Part shown: piece by piece, positions 43,501 to 56,900 of the stretch
Numbering within the stretch: position 1 is the first letter of the stretch
Layout of the letters: each line of letters opens with the position of its first letter
NCBI GenBank assembly: GCA_028534125.1
Contig: CM052817.1
Coordinates: 89,716,001 to 89,780,000, forward strand
Reading direction: 5' to 3'
DNA from: Lama glama
Taxonomy: Eukaryota
DNA: 64,000 bases
Made by a program: the position numbers and the translations under genes
Notes under the pieces: model-generated
What the model saw: the letters and a program-made list of their open reading frames with translations, nothing else
The model's database searches: none
What the model was told of the DNA's origin: nothing

Positions 43501-45792
43501 TTAATGTGTATTATTCCATTGCTTTACTGAGAATCAGAACTTAAAATTCCTTCAAATCTATGGCATAATGAACACAATAAAAATGATACATGGTATTGTA
43601 AGAGGTTTTATACAATTAGAATTCAATAAGAAAACAAAATTCTGTAAATGTAGCCTTTCACAAATACTGATGAAAATAAAATTTGAATGTTAGATACTCA
43701 GTGTGTGACGGGGAAGGAAGCATATAGATTAATAATTGATGGACATAATTTTGTGTTTCAAATATACTTTCTATTGTCACCATATAATGCTGAAAAACTT
43801 GTCCAACTGTCAGATCAATTCCCATAATTCTAGAGTTTAGGAGACAGACTCTCTTTCTCCCTTTAGTAATAAATCTACCTTGTCCTTATAAAAATAATGT
43901 TAATAAGTGACTAGCACTGAGAAAAAGAAAAAAACAAAACAAAACTCCTGCCATTGGGGATAGGCAACAGAGTTGATACAAAGACAAATAAAGGCCAAGA
44001 ACCACTGACAAGTACAATAAACCTTAAGTCCTGTTAATACTGTGCTTCCTGAGTGTTTATTCCTATCAACAGAATAAAGCACACATGTACAAATAATGAG
44101 AATCATTCAGTCAAACTGAGACACGCAGTATGAATAATTCTTTAGTTAGAAAGAAAAGCCACTTGAAAATATTTCTGACTACACAAATTAGTTGGGACTT
44201 GAGGCTTGTAGGAAAACAATGGTATAATTTTCTAAGTATAGCTAATAAAAGAAAGGATTAAGAATTACAAATGGTATGGTGAGCTTAGCAGATCTCCATA
44301 TAAATTAACTGATTCATGGGTTGAATTTCAGAAGAAAACAGAGCATAATTATTTCTGATTCACTATCCCCATGTTGCTTATTGAAGGTGGTGATGGGGGG
44401 GTTGGGGTGCTTGCTTTTGCAAGCATACATTACTGGAAGTGTAAAAAAGCTGTACTTTCCTCAAATATGGAAAGATTCTGACATTACATAATCAAAATCT
44501 GGTTTATGATGAAATAACCTAGGGTATTATGCATATAATTCTTAACTATTCTTAATAAAACAAACATATTTTGCATGTATTATAAAAACTTGGAAATGCA
44601 ACTGTATATAATAAGTTTATAAAATCCTAAAGTTTTAAGGATGGAAAGAGCAGTAATACAGTAAATACTATATTTTATTCTCTCTCCAGGCATATTGCTT
44701 ATTCAAATAGAATAAGCTTCAAAAAATAAACACAGAGATACAGTAGAAATAAATGTTTTAATCTTAATAAACCATCAGATGCATTTTCACCTTTTTTTCT
44801 CCCTCTCATTTTCCCTTTATCTTTTACTATATTTTTATTATTTGAATTATTAACATAAGCTTTTTCAGATACTGCCAAGTGTAGGACAACTGATTTCAGA
44901 AATAAGAAAAGAAATAGCTTATTGCTCCCAATGCTGGTTGGCATAAAAATATACTAAGAATGTGTTTCTTTGTCCATCTCCCAGCTTATTTTTCCTCAAG
45001 TAACTAAATTAAGACCAGAGTATGTGTTATTTGAACAAACTGTGGGGTCAAATTTATTCTCAGGCAAAAAATAAATATCAGTAAATCCAACTATTTTTAA
45101 AAAGCCAAGATCCAAAGAAAAAATGAAAGTAAACTATAAGGAACTGTTTTTCTCATATATACAATATCATTATTTGTTTGTTATGGATATAATTCTTGAA
45201 ATTATACATCATAAATTTACGACTTAAGAGTCTGGGGAACGTTTTGCTTTTAGGTTTGGCCTAGTCATAAATAGTGCTTGCTGAGCAAGTCAAGAGCAAT
45301 AGTCAACTACATGAAAATGAACATCAAATTACCTGCAGTAATACACAGTCACAGTCAAGGGAAATAGATGTTCTGTCTTTTTTCTATGTTGTAAATGTAT
45401 ACAGGAGACTAATGAAAGTGCAAAACTAAGACATACCTTTACATTAGTATAGAATATTGAACTACAATTGAGATCTAAAACCATGGGACATAAGAAAGTA
45501 GGTAAGATATTTTTGAACACTCACATCATTTATTTGAACTGGAAACTTAACTGAAGGAAAATCATCAAGCAATTCATATCCAAAGTTTTATAATTTTTAT
45601 TAAATCTAAGCAGCAAACAAATTGTTGAGTATCTATTATATGCAAAGTCTGTATACATTTTAACAATCAATGTATGTCCTTGATTATTTATCCCAAAATG
45701 ATTAGACATGTGTATAGTCATGAAATTTAGATAAAAAAAGAGCTACAGGAAAATAGTAAACAAGTCATTATGAAAAAATAAAGAAGAAATTC

Positions 45793-48724
45793 ATTTTTTG
45801 TTTTTTTTTTAATTTATTTCATTTTTTTTAAATTGAAGTATAGGCAGTTTACAATGTTTTGTCAATTTCTGGTGTACATTATAATGTTTCAGTCATCCAC
45901 ATACATATATTCATTTTCATATTCTTTTTCATTGTATGTTACTATATTGACTATAGTTCCCTGTGCTATACAGAAGAAACTTGTTGTTTATCTATTTTAT
46001 ACACAGTAATTAGTATCTGCAAATCTCAAAAATCCAATTTATCCCTCCCCACTCCTTTCCCCACTTGTAACTGTAAGTTTGTTTTCTATGTCTATGGTCT
46101 ATTTTGGTTTTGTAAATAAGTTCATTGGTGTCTTTTCCTCTTTTTTTAATTCCACATATGAATGATATCATACGGTATTTTACTTTCTCTTTCTGGCTTA
46201 CTTCACTTAAATGACAATCTCCAGGTCCATCCATGTTGCTACAAATGGCATTATTTTATTCCTTTTATTGGCTGAGTAGTATTCCGTGTAAATATATCAC
46301 AGCTTCCTTATCCAGTCATCTGTCGATGGCCATTTAGGTTGTTTCCATGTCTTGGCTATTGTAAAGAACACTGCTATGAACACTGCGGTGTATGTATCTT
46401 TTTGAATTAGAGTTTCCTCTGGATATATGTTCAGGAGTGGAATTGGTGGATCATATGGTAAGTCTATATTTAGTTTTTTGAGGAATAGCCATACAGTTTT
46501 CCATAATGGCTGTACCAACTACATGCCCACCAACAGTGTAGGAGGGTTCCCTTTTCTCCATACCCTCTCTAGTACTTACCATTTGTGGACTTTTGAATGA
46601 TGGTCATTCTGACTGCTATAAGGTGATACCTCATTGTAGTTTTGATTTGCATTTCTCTGATAGTGATATTGAGCATTTTTCATGTGCCTATTGGTCATTT
46701 GCTTGTCTTTACTGGAGAACTGCTTGTTTAACTCTTCTGTCCATTATTGGATTGAATTTTTTTATTATTATTAAGTTGTATGAACTGTTTACATATTCTG
46801 GAAATTAAGCCATTGTCAATTGTATAATTTGCATATATTTTCTCCCATTCTGTAGGCTGTCTTTTTGTTTTGCTATGGTTTCCTTTGCTGTGCAAAAGCT
46901 GGTAAGTTTAATTAGATCCCATTTGTTTACCTTTGGTTTCATTTCCATTGCCTGCATAGACTGCCCTAGGGGAACATTGCTAAGATTTATGTCAGAGAAT
47001 GATTCGCCTAAGTTTCCTTTAGGAGATTTATAGTGCCTTGTCTTATTTTAAGTCTTCAAGCCATTTTGAGTTTATTTTTGTGTATCATGTGAGGGAGTGT
47101 TCTAACTTCACTGATTTACATGCAGCTGTCCAGTTTTCCTAGCACCACTTGCTGATGAGATTTTCTTTTCTCCATTGTATAATCTTGTCTTCTTTGTCAA
47201 AGATTAATTGACTACAAGTCTGTGGGTTTATTTCTGGGCTCTCTATTCTGTTTCACTGATCCATATGTCTGTTTTTGTGCCAATACCATGCTGTTCTGAT
47301 TACTGTAAGCTCTGTAGTATTGTCTGAAGTCTGGGAGGGTTATTCCCCAGCATTTTTCTTTTTCTTCAGTATTGCTTAGAAAATTTTGGGTCTTTTGTGA
47401 TTCCGTGTAAATTTTAGGATTATCTGTTCTACTTCTGTGAAAAATGTCCCTGGGCAACTTGTTATGAATCACATGAAAACTGTAGATTGCTTGGTGTAGT
47501 ATGGCCATTTTAACGATATTAATTCTTCCAATCCAAAAACATGGGGTATCTTTTTATTTCTTTAAGTCATCTTTAATTTCCTTAGTCAATGCTTTGTAGT
47601 TCTCTGCATGTAAGTCTTTCACTTCTTTGGTCAGATTTATTCGTAAGTATTTTATTTTTTCGATGCAATTTTAAAAGAGATTGTTTCTTTACTTTCCTTT
47701 TCTGGTATTTCATTGTTAATGTAAAGAAATGCAACTGATTTATGTATGTTAATCTTGTATCCTGCTACCTTGCATAATTCTTTCCTCAGCTCTATTAGTT
47801 CTTTTGTGGAGCCCTTAGGGTTTTCTATCTATAGTATCATGTCACCTGCATATAGTGACAATTTTACCTCTTCTCTTCCAATTTGGATCTCTATTATTTC
47901 TTTTTCTTATCTGGTTTCTATGGCTAGGACTTCCAATATGATGTTGTAAAAAACTGGTCAGAATGGGTATCCTTGTCTTGTTCCAGATTTTAGCAGGAAA
48001 GCTTTCAACTTTACACTGTTGAGTATTATGTTGGCTGTGGGTTGTCATAAATAACTTTAATAAGATGTGTTCTCTCTATACTCACTTTGGTAAGAGTTTT
48101 TTTTATCATATTTGGGTGTTGAGTTTTAACAAATTCTTTTTCTGCATCTATTGAGATGATCATTCTTTTGTTGATGTGTTGTATCATATTGATTGATTTG
48201 TATATGTAGAAACATATTTGTGACCTTGGGATGATTCCAACTTGATCATAGTGCATGAATTTTTTTAATATGTTGTTGCATTCTCTTTGCTAATATTTTA
48301 TTGAGGATTTTTGCGTCTATGTTCATCAGTGATACTGACCTGTAATTTTCTTTTGTGGTAGTGTCTTTACCTGGTTTTTGTATCAGTGACAGTGGCTTAA
48401 TAGAATGAGTTCAGGAGTACTCTCTCCTATTCAAATTTCTGGAAAAGTTTGAGAAGGATTGGTATGAATTCTTCTTTGTATGTTTGGTAGAATTCCCCAG
48501 GGAAGCCATCTGGTCCTGGACTTTTGTTTTCAGGGAGGTTTTTTATTGCTGATTCTACTTCACTTCCAGTGATTGGTCTGTCCAAATTATCTATTTCTTC
48601 TTGATTCAGTTTTGGCAGACTGTATGTTTCTAGAAACTTGTTCATTTCTTCTAGATTGTCCAATTTGTTGGCATATAGTTGTTCATGGTATTCCCTTACG
48701 GTTTTTTGTGTCAGTTGTAATTTC
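45793..48724 (-). mobile_element. 5'-truncated younger L1, similar family to 12625-18487
   Basis: T-rich tail at ~45793-45830; minus ORFs MVQPLWKTVWLFLKKLNIDLPYDP and [18 protein letters not shown]...[19 protein letters not shown]; similar 3' UTR. Confidence 0.95.
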
Positions 48725-49180
48725 AATATGGAGGTTTTTCAAAAAATTAAAAACAGAATTACCATACTATCTAGCAATTCCATTCCTGGGTATTTATCTC
48801 AAGAAGACAAGAACACTAACTGAAAAAGATAAATGAACCCCAATGTTCATTGCAACATTATTCACAATAGCCAAGATACAGAAACAACCTAAGTGTCCAT
48901 CAATGGATGAATGGATAAAGAAGCTGTGGTGTGTATATATATAATTATATTACATTTGCAACAGCATGAATGGACCCTGAGGTCATTATTTTCAGCAAAT
49001 TAAGTCTCACAGAGAAAGATCATATGATCACTCTTATATGTGTAATCTTAAAAAACAAAAACAAAAACAAGCTCACAGATACAGAGAACAGGATGGTGGT
49101 TACCAAAAGTGGGGTGAGAGGTGGGGAAAATGGGTGAATTGCTTTGTTTTTGTCTCATTTTAGTACATTTAATTTTTTTA
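48724..49180 (+). mobile_element. L1 3' fragment of a different subfamily, head-to-head with the preceding L1
   Basis: [31 protein letters not shown] followed by a distinct short 3' UTR (ggtggggaaaatgggtgaattgctttgttttt). Confidence 0.85.
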
Positions 49181-50904
49181 AGTATAGTTTGATACTTTCA
49201 GCTACAACATGCAATTAAAAACTCAAATCTTTCTTATTTTTAATTTTGTTTTTCTCATAAGACCTAAGGAAACAAAGGACCTTTCCTCATACTTTTTTTC
49301 TAAAAACATTATTTTCTCTGACTGAATGAATGAGAAGTCAATAAATTATCTACTTACTTTGACTAAAGGGCATGCATTTTTCAGACACTTGTCAAGTGTG
49401 TAGGATATTTTTCTGCATGAAAGTTCTTTTCTCACCTCTAGTTTAAAACAGGGGGAAATGACTGATGGCTTACAAAAAATAAAAAAGTTTCATTTATTTA
49501 TTGAGTCACTAAATCTAATTAGGTCTATTATTCTTGGAAACACTATGGTACCTCACAAAACCAGAAAGACTGATTCACACAAATTCCACACTTGAATAGC
49601 TTATTTTATTGCAACAGAACTCAAAGTATTGCCTTGCTTAAGAAGCTGTCAGAATTTTTATTCATTAAAACATTAAAAAAAATGAAGCAATTGCACTGGG
49701 TACAAAAAAGAGGAAAGGAATTAGTTTCCCATGAATTTAGTTATAGTACTTGATTCTTCTCCTTCTTTACATGAAACTTAATTATTGAACATATACTACT
49801 GATACCCTTTCTCACACAAATATTAATGACCCTCAAACTCCCTTTTTAATTCCAGACCCAATTGTCTGTTGGGAAGCCATACTTAAAAGTTCAATGGGCA
49901 AAAAAACACTCCAGATGGTGAAATTTAAATAATCATATTTTTCACAATCTTAGACTTCTCTATTACATGCATTTCTATGCTTCAAACAAAAACAAAATTC
50001 AGTATTCTCTGTATAATGATCTACTTAACCAATCAGAAACATATCATAAATGGCTCTTTCATCATTCTCATACTTTGAAAATGATCATTAATGTTGACAT
50101 AAGGGAAGATTATTGGATAATTCACAAAGAGAAAAAATAGTTAAGCATCATCTCCAAAGAAGCTCTTTAACCAATCATAAACAAGAAAAACAAACATGAT
50201 CGTTCTCTAATTCCTATTTGATAGTCTGATCCAAAATATTTTATACCTTTTTGCTTTATAAAGTAAGTTTTATTGAGAAATACACTGTGGAATCCTAGCC
50301 ATTAGCATATAGTGAAGCAATTTTGATGAGCAAGAGATAATATATGAAAATCAAAAAGCAACGAAAAAATTACTAGTATAAATAGGAAGAAAAAAACAAA
50401 TGAAAAGAAATATTCCTCATTTGCCCTGAAGATTATCTACTACTGTTGCTTCTTGTGGGAACACAACATATATAAAATTGACATACAAAATATGGTAAAA
50501 TAATTATTCTTAGAAACACGGGTTTCACTCAGGAAGGCCTAAATCATAAATTTCTAATAATGTGTAAAGAAAATAATTCTTGCCTCTTAATCTTTGCCCC
50601 CATTAAAGCTAAACTCAAAAATGTGGCCTGATAGTCAAGATATATTACAAAAAATCATGTCTTTGTTATTATGATTTATAAACAAAGTTAAAAATAAATA
50701 TACATTACACCAATGCTTTCTGTTGTTACTGAGCATTACTCGCTTTTAAATTAGCTTTCTTATAGAAAGAAAATGGATCTAGTTTCTTAACTGTTATAGA
50801 TAATACATTCTAAATGCCTATCAGAGTAAAATATGAAAAATCTGGAGAAAAGAAAATTATTTTAAAAATTATTTAAAAGAAAAAATATTTTTCAGTACTA
50901 AAAA

Positions 50905-51080
50905 TAATAATGTAGTTATCTGATTCTAAGACTCACATTTCAGCATTTCTAAACTCAGTGTACATCTTGAATTGATTTTTTTTTTTACTTTGAATTCAAC
51001 ACTGTGCATTCTTTGTGAAATACTTTTTAAATGATAGCACATCTCACAATTCCTGGGTGTCTTAAAAACCTAGAAAATGC
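50905..51080. mobile_element. MER104-like (TcMar-Tc2) MITE
   Basis: gattctaagactcacatttcagcatttctaaactcagtgtacatcttgaattgat...catctcacaattc...gtgtcttaaaaacctagaaaatgc. Confidence 0.5.
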
Positions 51081-51199
51081 ATATTATAAATTCCCTAAAT
51101 AAATGTAACTTTGTAACAATATATTCGTCATATCTTTCTATTATTTTATATATGTACTTCATTTATTATTTTCTTTCACAATGGAACATCAACTAGTTT

Positions 51200-51620
51200 A
51201 AGAACAATGAATGTAATGAATCTTAAGATTCATTGCCTGAAGCATGATAATAATATCTAGCTTTGCCTCAAAGGAATGAAGTTTATGAGATGTAAGCTTC
51301 TTATCACTTTCCCATTTTCCACTCATTTTATAAGTAATAACATAAAAGGCAATAAAATATTCAAATAATCGCACAAATGCTGCTGTACAATGATAGCTAG
51401 AAGGCAGCAGTACCATTTGATGATTCAGAATGATCATTCATCAACCAGACTATAACAGTCAGAATTTGGTATAAAAATAATAGATTAAGAGTGTTATGTT
51501 TAATCTATAGTAAAGTGTCATCTGTATAAAATTTAGCATATTGAAATGAATGTCAATGCTTAAGATTTTATTCCAGTTCAACATTTTAATGCACTGGTTA
51601 AGGTTTCATGGTTAAATGGT
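51200..51620 (-). mobile_element. Tigger-like fossil with a transposase N-terminus remnant
   Basis: Minus ORF contains MSGKWESDKKLTSHKLHSFEAKLDII, resembling the Tigger/CENP-B N-terminal helix-turn-helix start (...ITLEVKLDII). Confidence 0.45.
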
Positions 51621-51882
51621 AAATATATATTTAAAAAATGGAAAGCTTCTGGCATTTTGTTCGAATATTTGTTATACACAAGATCCTTTTTTCAAGAGCC
51701 ATGTTTTCTAATTGCACAGAACTTTGATTTGAGATTATTAGTGGCAAATGTACACAGAAAATATTTAACAAATGATATAGCACAGAGACCAATTATGTGC
51801 CAGCTGAATATAAGCTGGTAACAGATGAGAAATAAATATCTGCCTCACTATTAACTCTGAAAATAATGGAAATAGTGGCATA

Positions 51883-52205
51883 TGCCATAGACTGAATTTT
51901 TGTGTTACTCCCACATTCATACATTGGAACCTAATCCCCAGGGTAATTGAATTTGGGGATGGGGACTTCGGGAGATACCCTTATGAATGGAATTAGTGAA
52001 CTTATAAAAGGGATCCCAGAGAGCTCCCCTACCCGTTCCACCATGTGAAGACACAGCAAGAAGATGGCCATTTAGGAATCTTTGAATCTATAAGCACCTT
52101 GATCTTGTACTCCCCAGCCTCCAGACTGAGAAATAAATTCCTGTTTCTTATAAGCCACCCAGTCGATGGTCATTTTTGTTAGAGTAGCCAAAATGGACAA
52201 AGACA
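51883..52205 (+). mobile_element. MLT1A-type LTR (copy 1)
   Basis: tgccatagactgaat...aaatggacaaagaca, preceded by TSD gcata (51878-51882) and followed by gccta. Confidence 0.9.
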
Positions 52206-52249
52206 GCCTACATATTTATGCCTTTTTTTTTTCTTCAGAAATTAATTCA

Positions 52250-52890
52250 CTCTGGTGCTGCTCTTCTTGGCCAACCCGAGGTGTGACTGCACTGGTCTCA
52301 TGACAGCAGATCATGATGGCAGCCCCTCTACAGGATGCAAGCAGCAAATTTTGGCAATGTCTGCAGGACTCCAGCTCCACTAGCATGGACTACATTGGTC
52401 CCAGGGCCATCGCTGCCTCCATTAGATTTCAAAGCATAGGAGGACTTCCCAGTACAACCTTGGGCTTAGAACTCCAACTCTGGAAATCCTTGGAGCCCAG
52501 AGAACTTCTTCTGGGCTGTCCTATTGAGCTATGGGGATAATAATTGCCACTTGTGCCTTGAGGATTAATGTTTACCTGTTAGATTTTGGACTTACTGGAA
52601 CCCATCACTTCTTTCTTCTTTTCTGCTTATCTTTTTGGGAATGGGAATGTCTATCCTATGCCTGTCCTACCATTGTATGTTGGACATACAAGTGTGTTGT
52701 AACTTGTCTCATCTCGTAGATTCCCAGCTGGAGAGGAATTTTGCTATAGGATGAATTTTATCTTGAGTCTCACTCATTTCTGACTTTGATGGTACTCAGA
52801 GGAGATATCAGACTTAACAGGGCTGTTGGGATAGAATGAATGCATTTTGCATGCAAGAGGATAGTGAACTTTGGGCGTCCATGGGCAGAA
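52250..52890 (+). mobile_element. MLT1A internal region, 3' part only
   Basis: MaLR-int 3' blocks ttttgggaatgggaatgtctatcctatgcctgtcc and gaatgcattttgcatgcaagagga...gggcagaa directly abutting LTR copy 2. Confidence 0.8.
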
Positions 52891-53233
52891 TGCCATAGAC
52901 TGAATATTTGCACCTGCTCAATTCATATGTTGAAACAATCCTCAGTATGATAGTATTTGGAGGTGGGGTCTTTGTAAGGTAATTTGGTCATGAATGAAAT
53001 TAGTGCCCTTGTAAAAGAGTCCCCAGAGAGCTCTTTAACCATGTAGGATTACAGATAAAAGACAGCCATCTGTGAACCAAAAAGCAGGCCCTTGCCCAAA
53101 AAAGAATCTATTGGTACCTTGATCTTGGATTGGATTTACTAGACTCCAGTACTGTGAGAAATAACTTTTTCTTGCTTATAAGCCACACAGTCTATGGTTA
53201 TTTTTGCTAAGGTAACCCAAATGGACAAAGACA
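52891..53233 (+). mobile_element. MLT1A-type LTR (copy 2)
   Basis: tgccatagactgaat...aaatggacaaagaca, followed by TSD gcata (53234-53238). Confidence 0.9.
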
Positions 53234-53479
53234 GCATATTAATTTAAGCTTTTTTTCTTTGAGAAAATAATTCATCATTACTGAGTGAGCCTAAGTATAA
53301 TACTTTCTTGTTGCATAATTAATTTAAATAAAGTTTCTGTAGGATAGACATACAAGAAAAAAGATACTTAGAAATTACATGACTTGGTTGATATCACAAT
53401 TATCCCAAAACAAAGCAGACATGAAAACTAAATATATTGAATTCAGGCCCAATTTTCCATATATTGTCCAGTATATGAT

Positions 53480-53640
53480 CTTTGTTAAATTTCTAGATTT
53501 ATGAGAACCTCAGTTTTCTCATTTGCAAAATAGAAGCTGTCATCCCTACCTCATAGGATTATTTTTAAAACAAGAGATAACAAAAAGTAGCAATGTGTCT
53601 CTCATATAAAAATGTTCTGAAATTATTAGCTATTATGGAT
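53480..53640 (+). mobile_element. MIR fragment
   Basis: cctcagttttctcatttgcaaaatag...cctacctcataggatt. Confidence 0.7.
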
Positions 53641-53704
53641 TATTATCACCTTGCAAACAGAAGGGTATATGGGCATCAAAATATGGGAGCTTGATTTGTG
53701 AAAC

Positions 53705-53920
53705 TTACAGTCAGGAGACTGGTTTGGAATCTTAGTCTTACCACTTATTAGCTATGTAAGTTTGAGCGATTATTTTACTTCTGAATGTTGGTCTCCTCTT
53801 CTCTAAAAGAGGCAAAACTGTTTGTCCTGCTACTACAAAGGATTATTTTGAGTGTCAAATAAAGTAAGGATTATAAGAACATAGGTAAACTATAAAGTTC
53901 TATAAGATATGAAGTGAACA
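53705..53920 (+). mobile_element. MIR SINE
   Basis: agtcaggagactggtttggaatcttagtcttaccacttattagctatgtaagtttgagc. Confidence 0.7.
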
Positions 53921-56900
53921 ACAAAAAGTTAGAAAATTGGAGAACAATTGAAGCCTTTTAGAAGTTGTAAGTTACCTAAAATAATGACTTATTAGTTATT
54001 TTAAGGACCAATAAATTTTCTGAGAAGGCATTGTAAAATTTCTACCCAACTTATCTTATTTGATATCAATAATTCCAACACCAAGAGGAGGAAGTTTAAA
54101 AAAATTCTGATAAAGCAAAATATGTGCTGCTTGAATAGGTACAGAAGAATCACAACTTGCAAAGTAAACAAAATACAGTTTTGTTTGTGTCCCCACTACC
54201 CTCACTGCATCTTAAAATTTATTCAATATGGATAATTTTCACCTGCCCCTGGATGAAAATTTAGCATACCTACAGCTTTTCCTTCATAGTTGATAATATC
54301 TTGCCCTATGGTAAATTAAATCTGAAATAATTTCAATTTTGCAATTAGAATGGACAATGCCAGATATAAATCAAAACTCAGAACTTGATTTAGAGATAAA
54401 TCTTTTCCTCTCTCCTACTTTAGACCTACTTCAAGTTAAGTTTTGTCTAGAAGAAAAAAACAGTCATTCTTTTCACCCTGTCCTTTTTCTATCTTCCTTC
54501 AACTGTTTTTTGTTGTCATTTTGCTGACTCTCAACTCCCAGTCAGGAGAAGGAGGATGTACAATAGAATTAGTTGGGTTCACTCTTAGCTGAGTACCTTG
54601 GCCATCTCTGGACCTGGCAGATGGTTAAAGCTATACTTTCTTCTGAGTGTTATCTACTGGGCACCTATCTCCCAAACTCTCTTGACCACGAAAGTTGCAT
54701 CATCATCTTGAGTGATCATTCACAATTCCTTCTTTACCTCTTGCATGTCCGGCAATTTATATCCAAGCTCTTACAAAGAAGGGCTCCTTGCCCATCTGGG
54801 TCTCAGGAAAACAGAAGCCCAAATAACCCCAAATCCCTCATCAGCTCTCTTCTTTTGAATTCAAATCTGTCCCATGTAAATAAATACTTGCCTATCCCTT
54901 GACCTAGTAACCTGACAGAGCAGACCTCACAGGATGCACTACCCTCCCTGGCTCTGCCATCAAAGAAGACTCTATAAATCCCCCAACTAAAATCAATCTC
55001 TGGTCCATGATCTGCTTCAGCCTTTTCACTTTTGTCAGGAGGAAGTTTTTCATCTTTCCGAGTTGCAGTAAGTAGGTCAACATTTATGCAGCAGTTCTAC
55101 TGGCTAGTCCCTTCTTAGGCTGAGGTGAGAAGGGAACATCATTCCCGCCACTCTGAGACTCAGAGCATGACAATCCTTCCCTGCAAAGAAGTTTCTTTCC
55201 TAACCCAATGACCCTTCCTTTATATCTTTGAGCTGGCTATAGGTTTTAAAACAGCTTTCTTTTAAATCTACATGAAAATGTCTGCTTCATGTTCAGTGTT
55301 GACATCTGCTATTGCGTTATAGACTTTGAGATACCAAGGAGTTAATTCAGCATCCTGTTACCTGTGGATAATCCTGCTGGCTGTGCATCTAGAGCTGCTT
55401 GCAGGTCCTCAAGTATCTCCTCAGGATGAAAGATCGTGTCATAAGGACACTTTAGGCCATGTGTTTATGAAAGAATGTCCCCTAAGAGAAATATGATATG
55501 TTATCACAGCAAGTCTGCTAAAATGAGCAGACTATCCCAAGAACTAATTTTCTCACAGAATAGTAGAGACTTCAAAAAGAAGAAAGTTCAGCAGAAGTTC
55601 CCAGAGTGGATGGTAGGAAATATATTATGTGTATTATTCGTAAGTGAAGTCTGTATGGCAAAAGTTAACCTTAGATTATCAATTGAAAGCTTGGTTTTCT
55701 TTTCAAGTCCTCGAGGATAGGAATTGGTATCTTCTTTCTTTGTGCTACCAAGAAGAACATTTTATAGTACCACAATGAGCTATTATGATTTTAGGAAGGT
55801 CTTACTAAACTTGTCTTGATGTTCTAATTTTATTTTATCCTTTATTGGATGTTTTTACAAAAGAATACATGCAAAACAGTGTCAGGCAAATAGTAAAGAA
55901 CAATAGCAAATATGCCTAGGAACAATCTGTACTATATAAATGTGTGAGAATGGGAGTTAATATTTCTATCTTGGACATTCATTAAAATTGTGATTTCTGA
56001 GAGGGAATAATAACTATGTGAATATAGAAAAGGTTTGATTAACCAGGATATGTCCTCCATTTTTCATACAAAACAGCAGAGGATTAAAACAATACTCACT
56101 CCCAAGTCAAATCATGAAGGCTGGATATAGCAGGGGGTGTTTCATGAAACTACTGAAGCCTAACTCTGAAATTCAATGCCTCTCTAAGATTAAGAAACTA
56201 CAGTAATTACAGTAATGATGAGGTCCTTAGGAGGAGTCCAATAAGAATTTCTTCTAACACATCTGTTCATTTACACATCAAATAATGACCATTCTCAACA
56301 TCCTTATCTGTGAAAAATATCGTATTATAAGGATTTAAAAATGAAGGAAGTGATGAGAACTATGAGGTTTCCTACCTGAGTTAGAACCTAGGTGCAATAA
56401 TGTATAATAGGAAATTTTTAAAAAACTGAATATGAGAAAAATGAAATAACTCTTCTGCACAAAGGTAGCTTTTACCCTAATCCTTTCTACAAATGGTTAC
56501 AAATCCCAGAGAGGCCAGAAATCTGTGAAAGGTGAGCACAATAAACACTGAAAACCACTGAGTTGATCCTGTCAACACGTACACCTCGCTGGTGACAATG
56601 ACTCTACACTCTGCTTGAGCAGAACCCAGAGCGCACAAAAAGTAGAACACACCTTTAATTTTGTAGCCTGGTCACAGTTTTCTTGAAGAAGACCTCAAGT
56701 CTCTCCTTTGAGAATAGATTTTATGTCCCAAGTGCCACACCAGCACTTTGCCCTTCACTTCTACTTTTAACTACTTAATCCAAAAGTCATTTTCAGATCA
56801 AATGGAAGACTGAAAATAAATAGCACAGATAAGAGAGGACTGATTATTAGGGATCAGTTGTGCAGAGGGAATGACTTCTAGAAGCTCTCTTTTCCTTAAG

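Noticed and set aside
45329..45520. Cluster of splice-like sites and a 63-aa ORF
   Set aside because: The plus-strand exon candidate has stops in all three frames; minus-strand candidates give no recognisable protein and an implausibly short intron.
54573..54902. 109-aa ORF in apparently unique DNA
   Set aside because: Non-ATG start, no recognisable domain; length compatible with chance.
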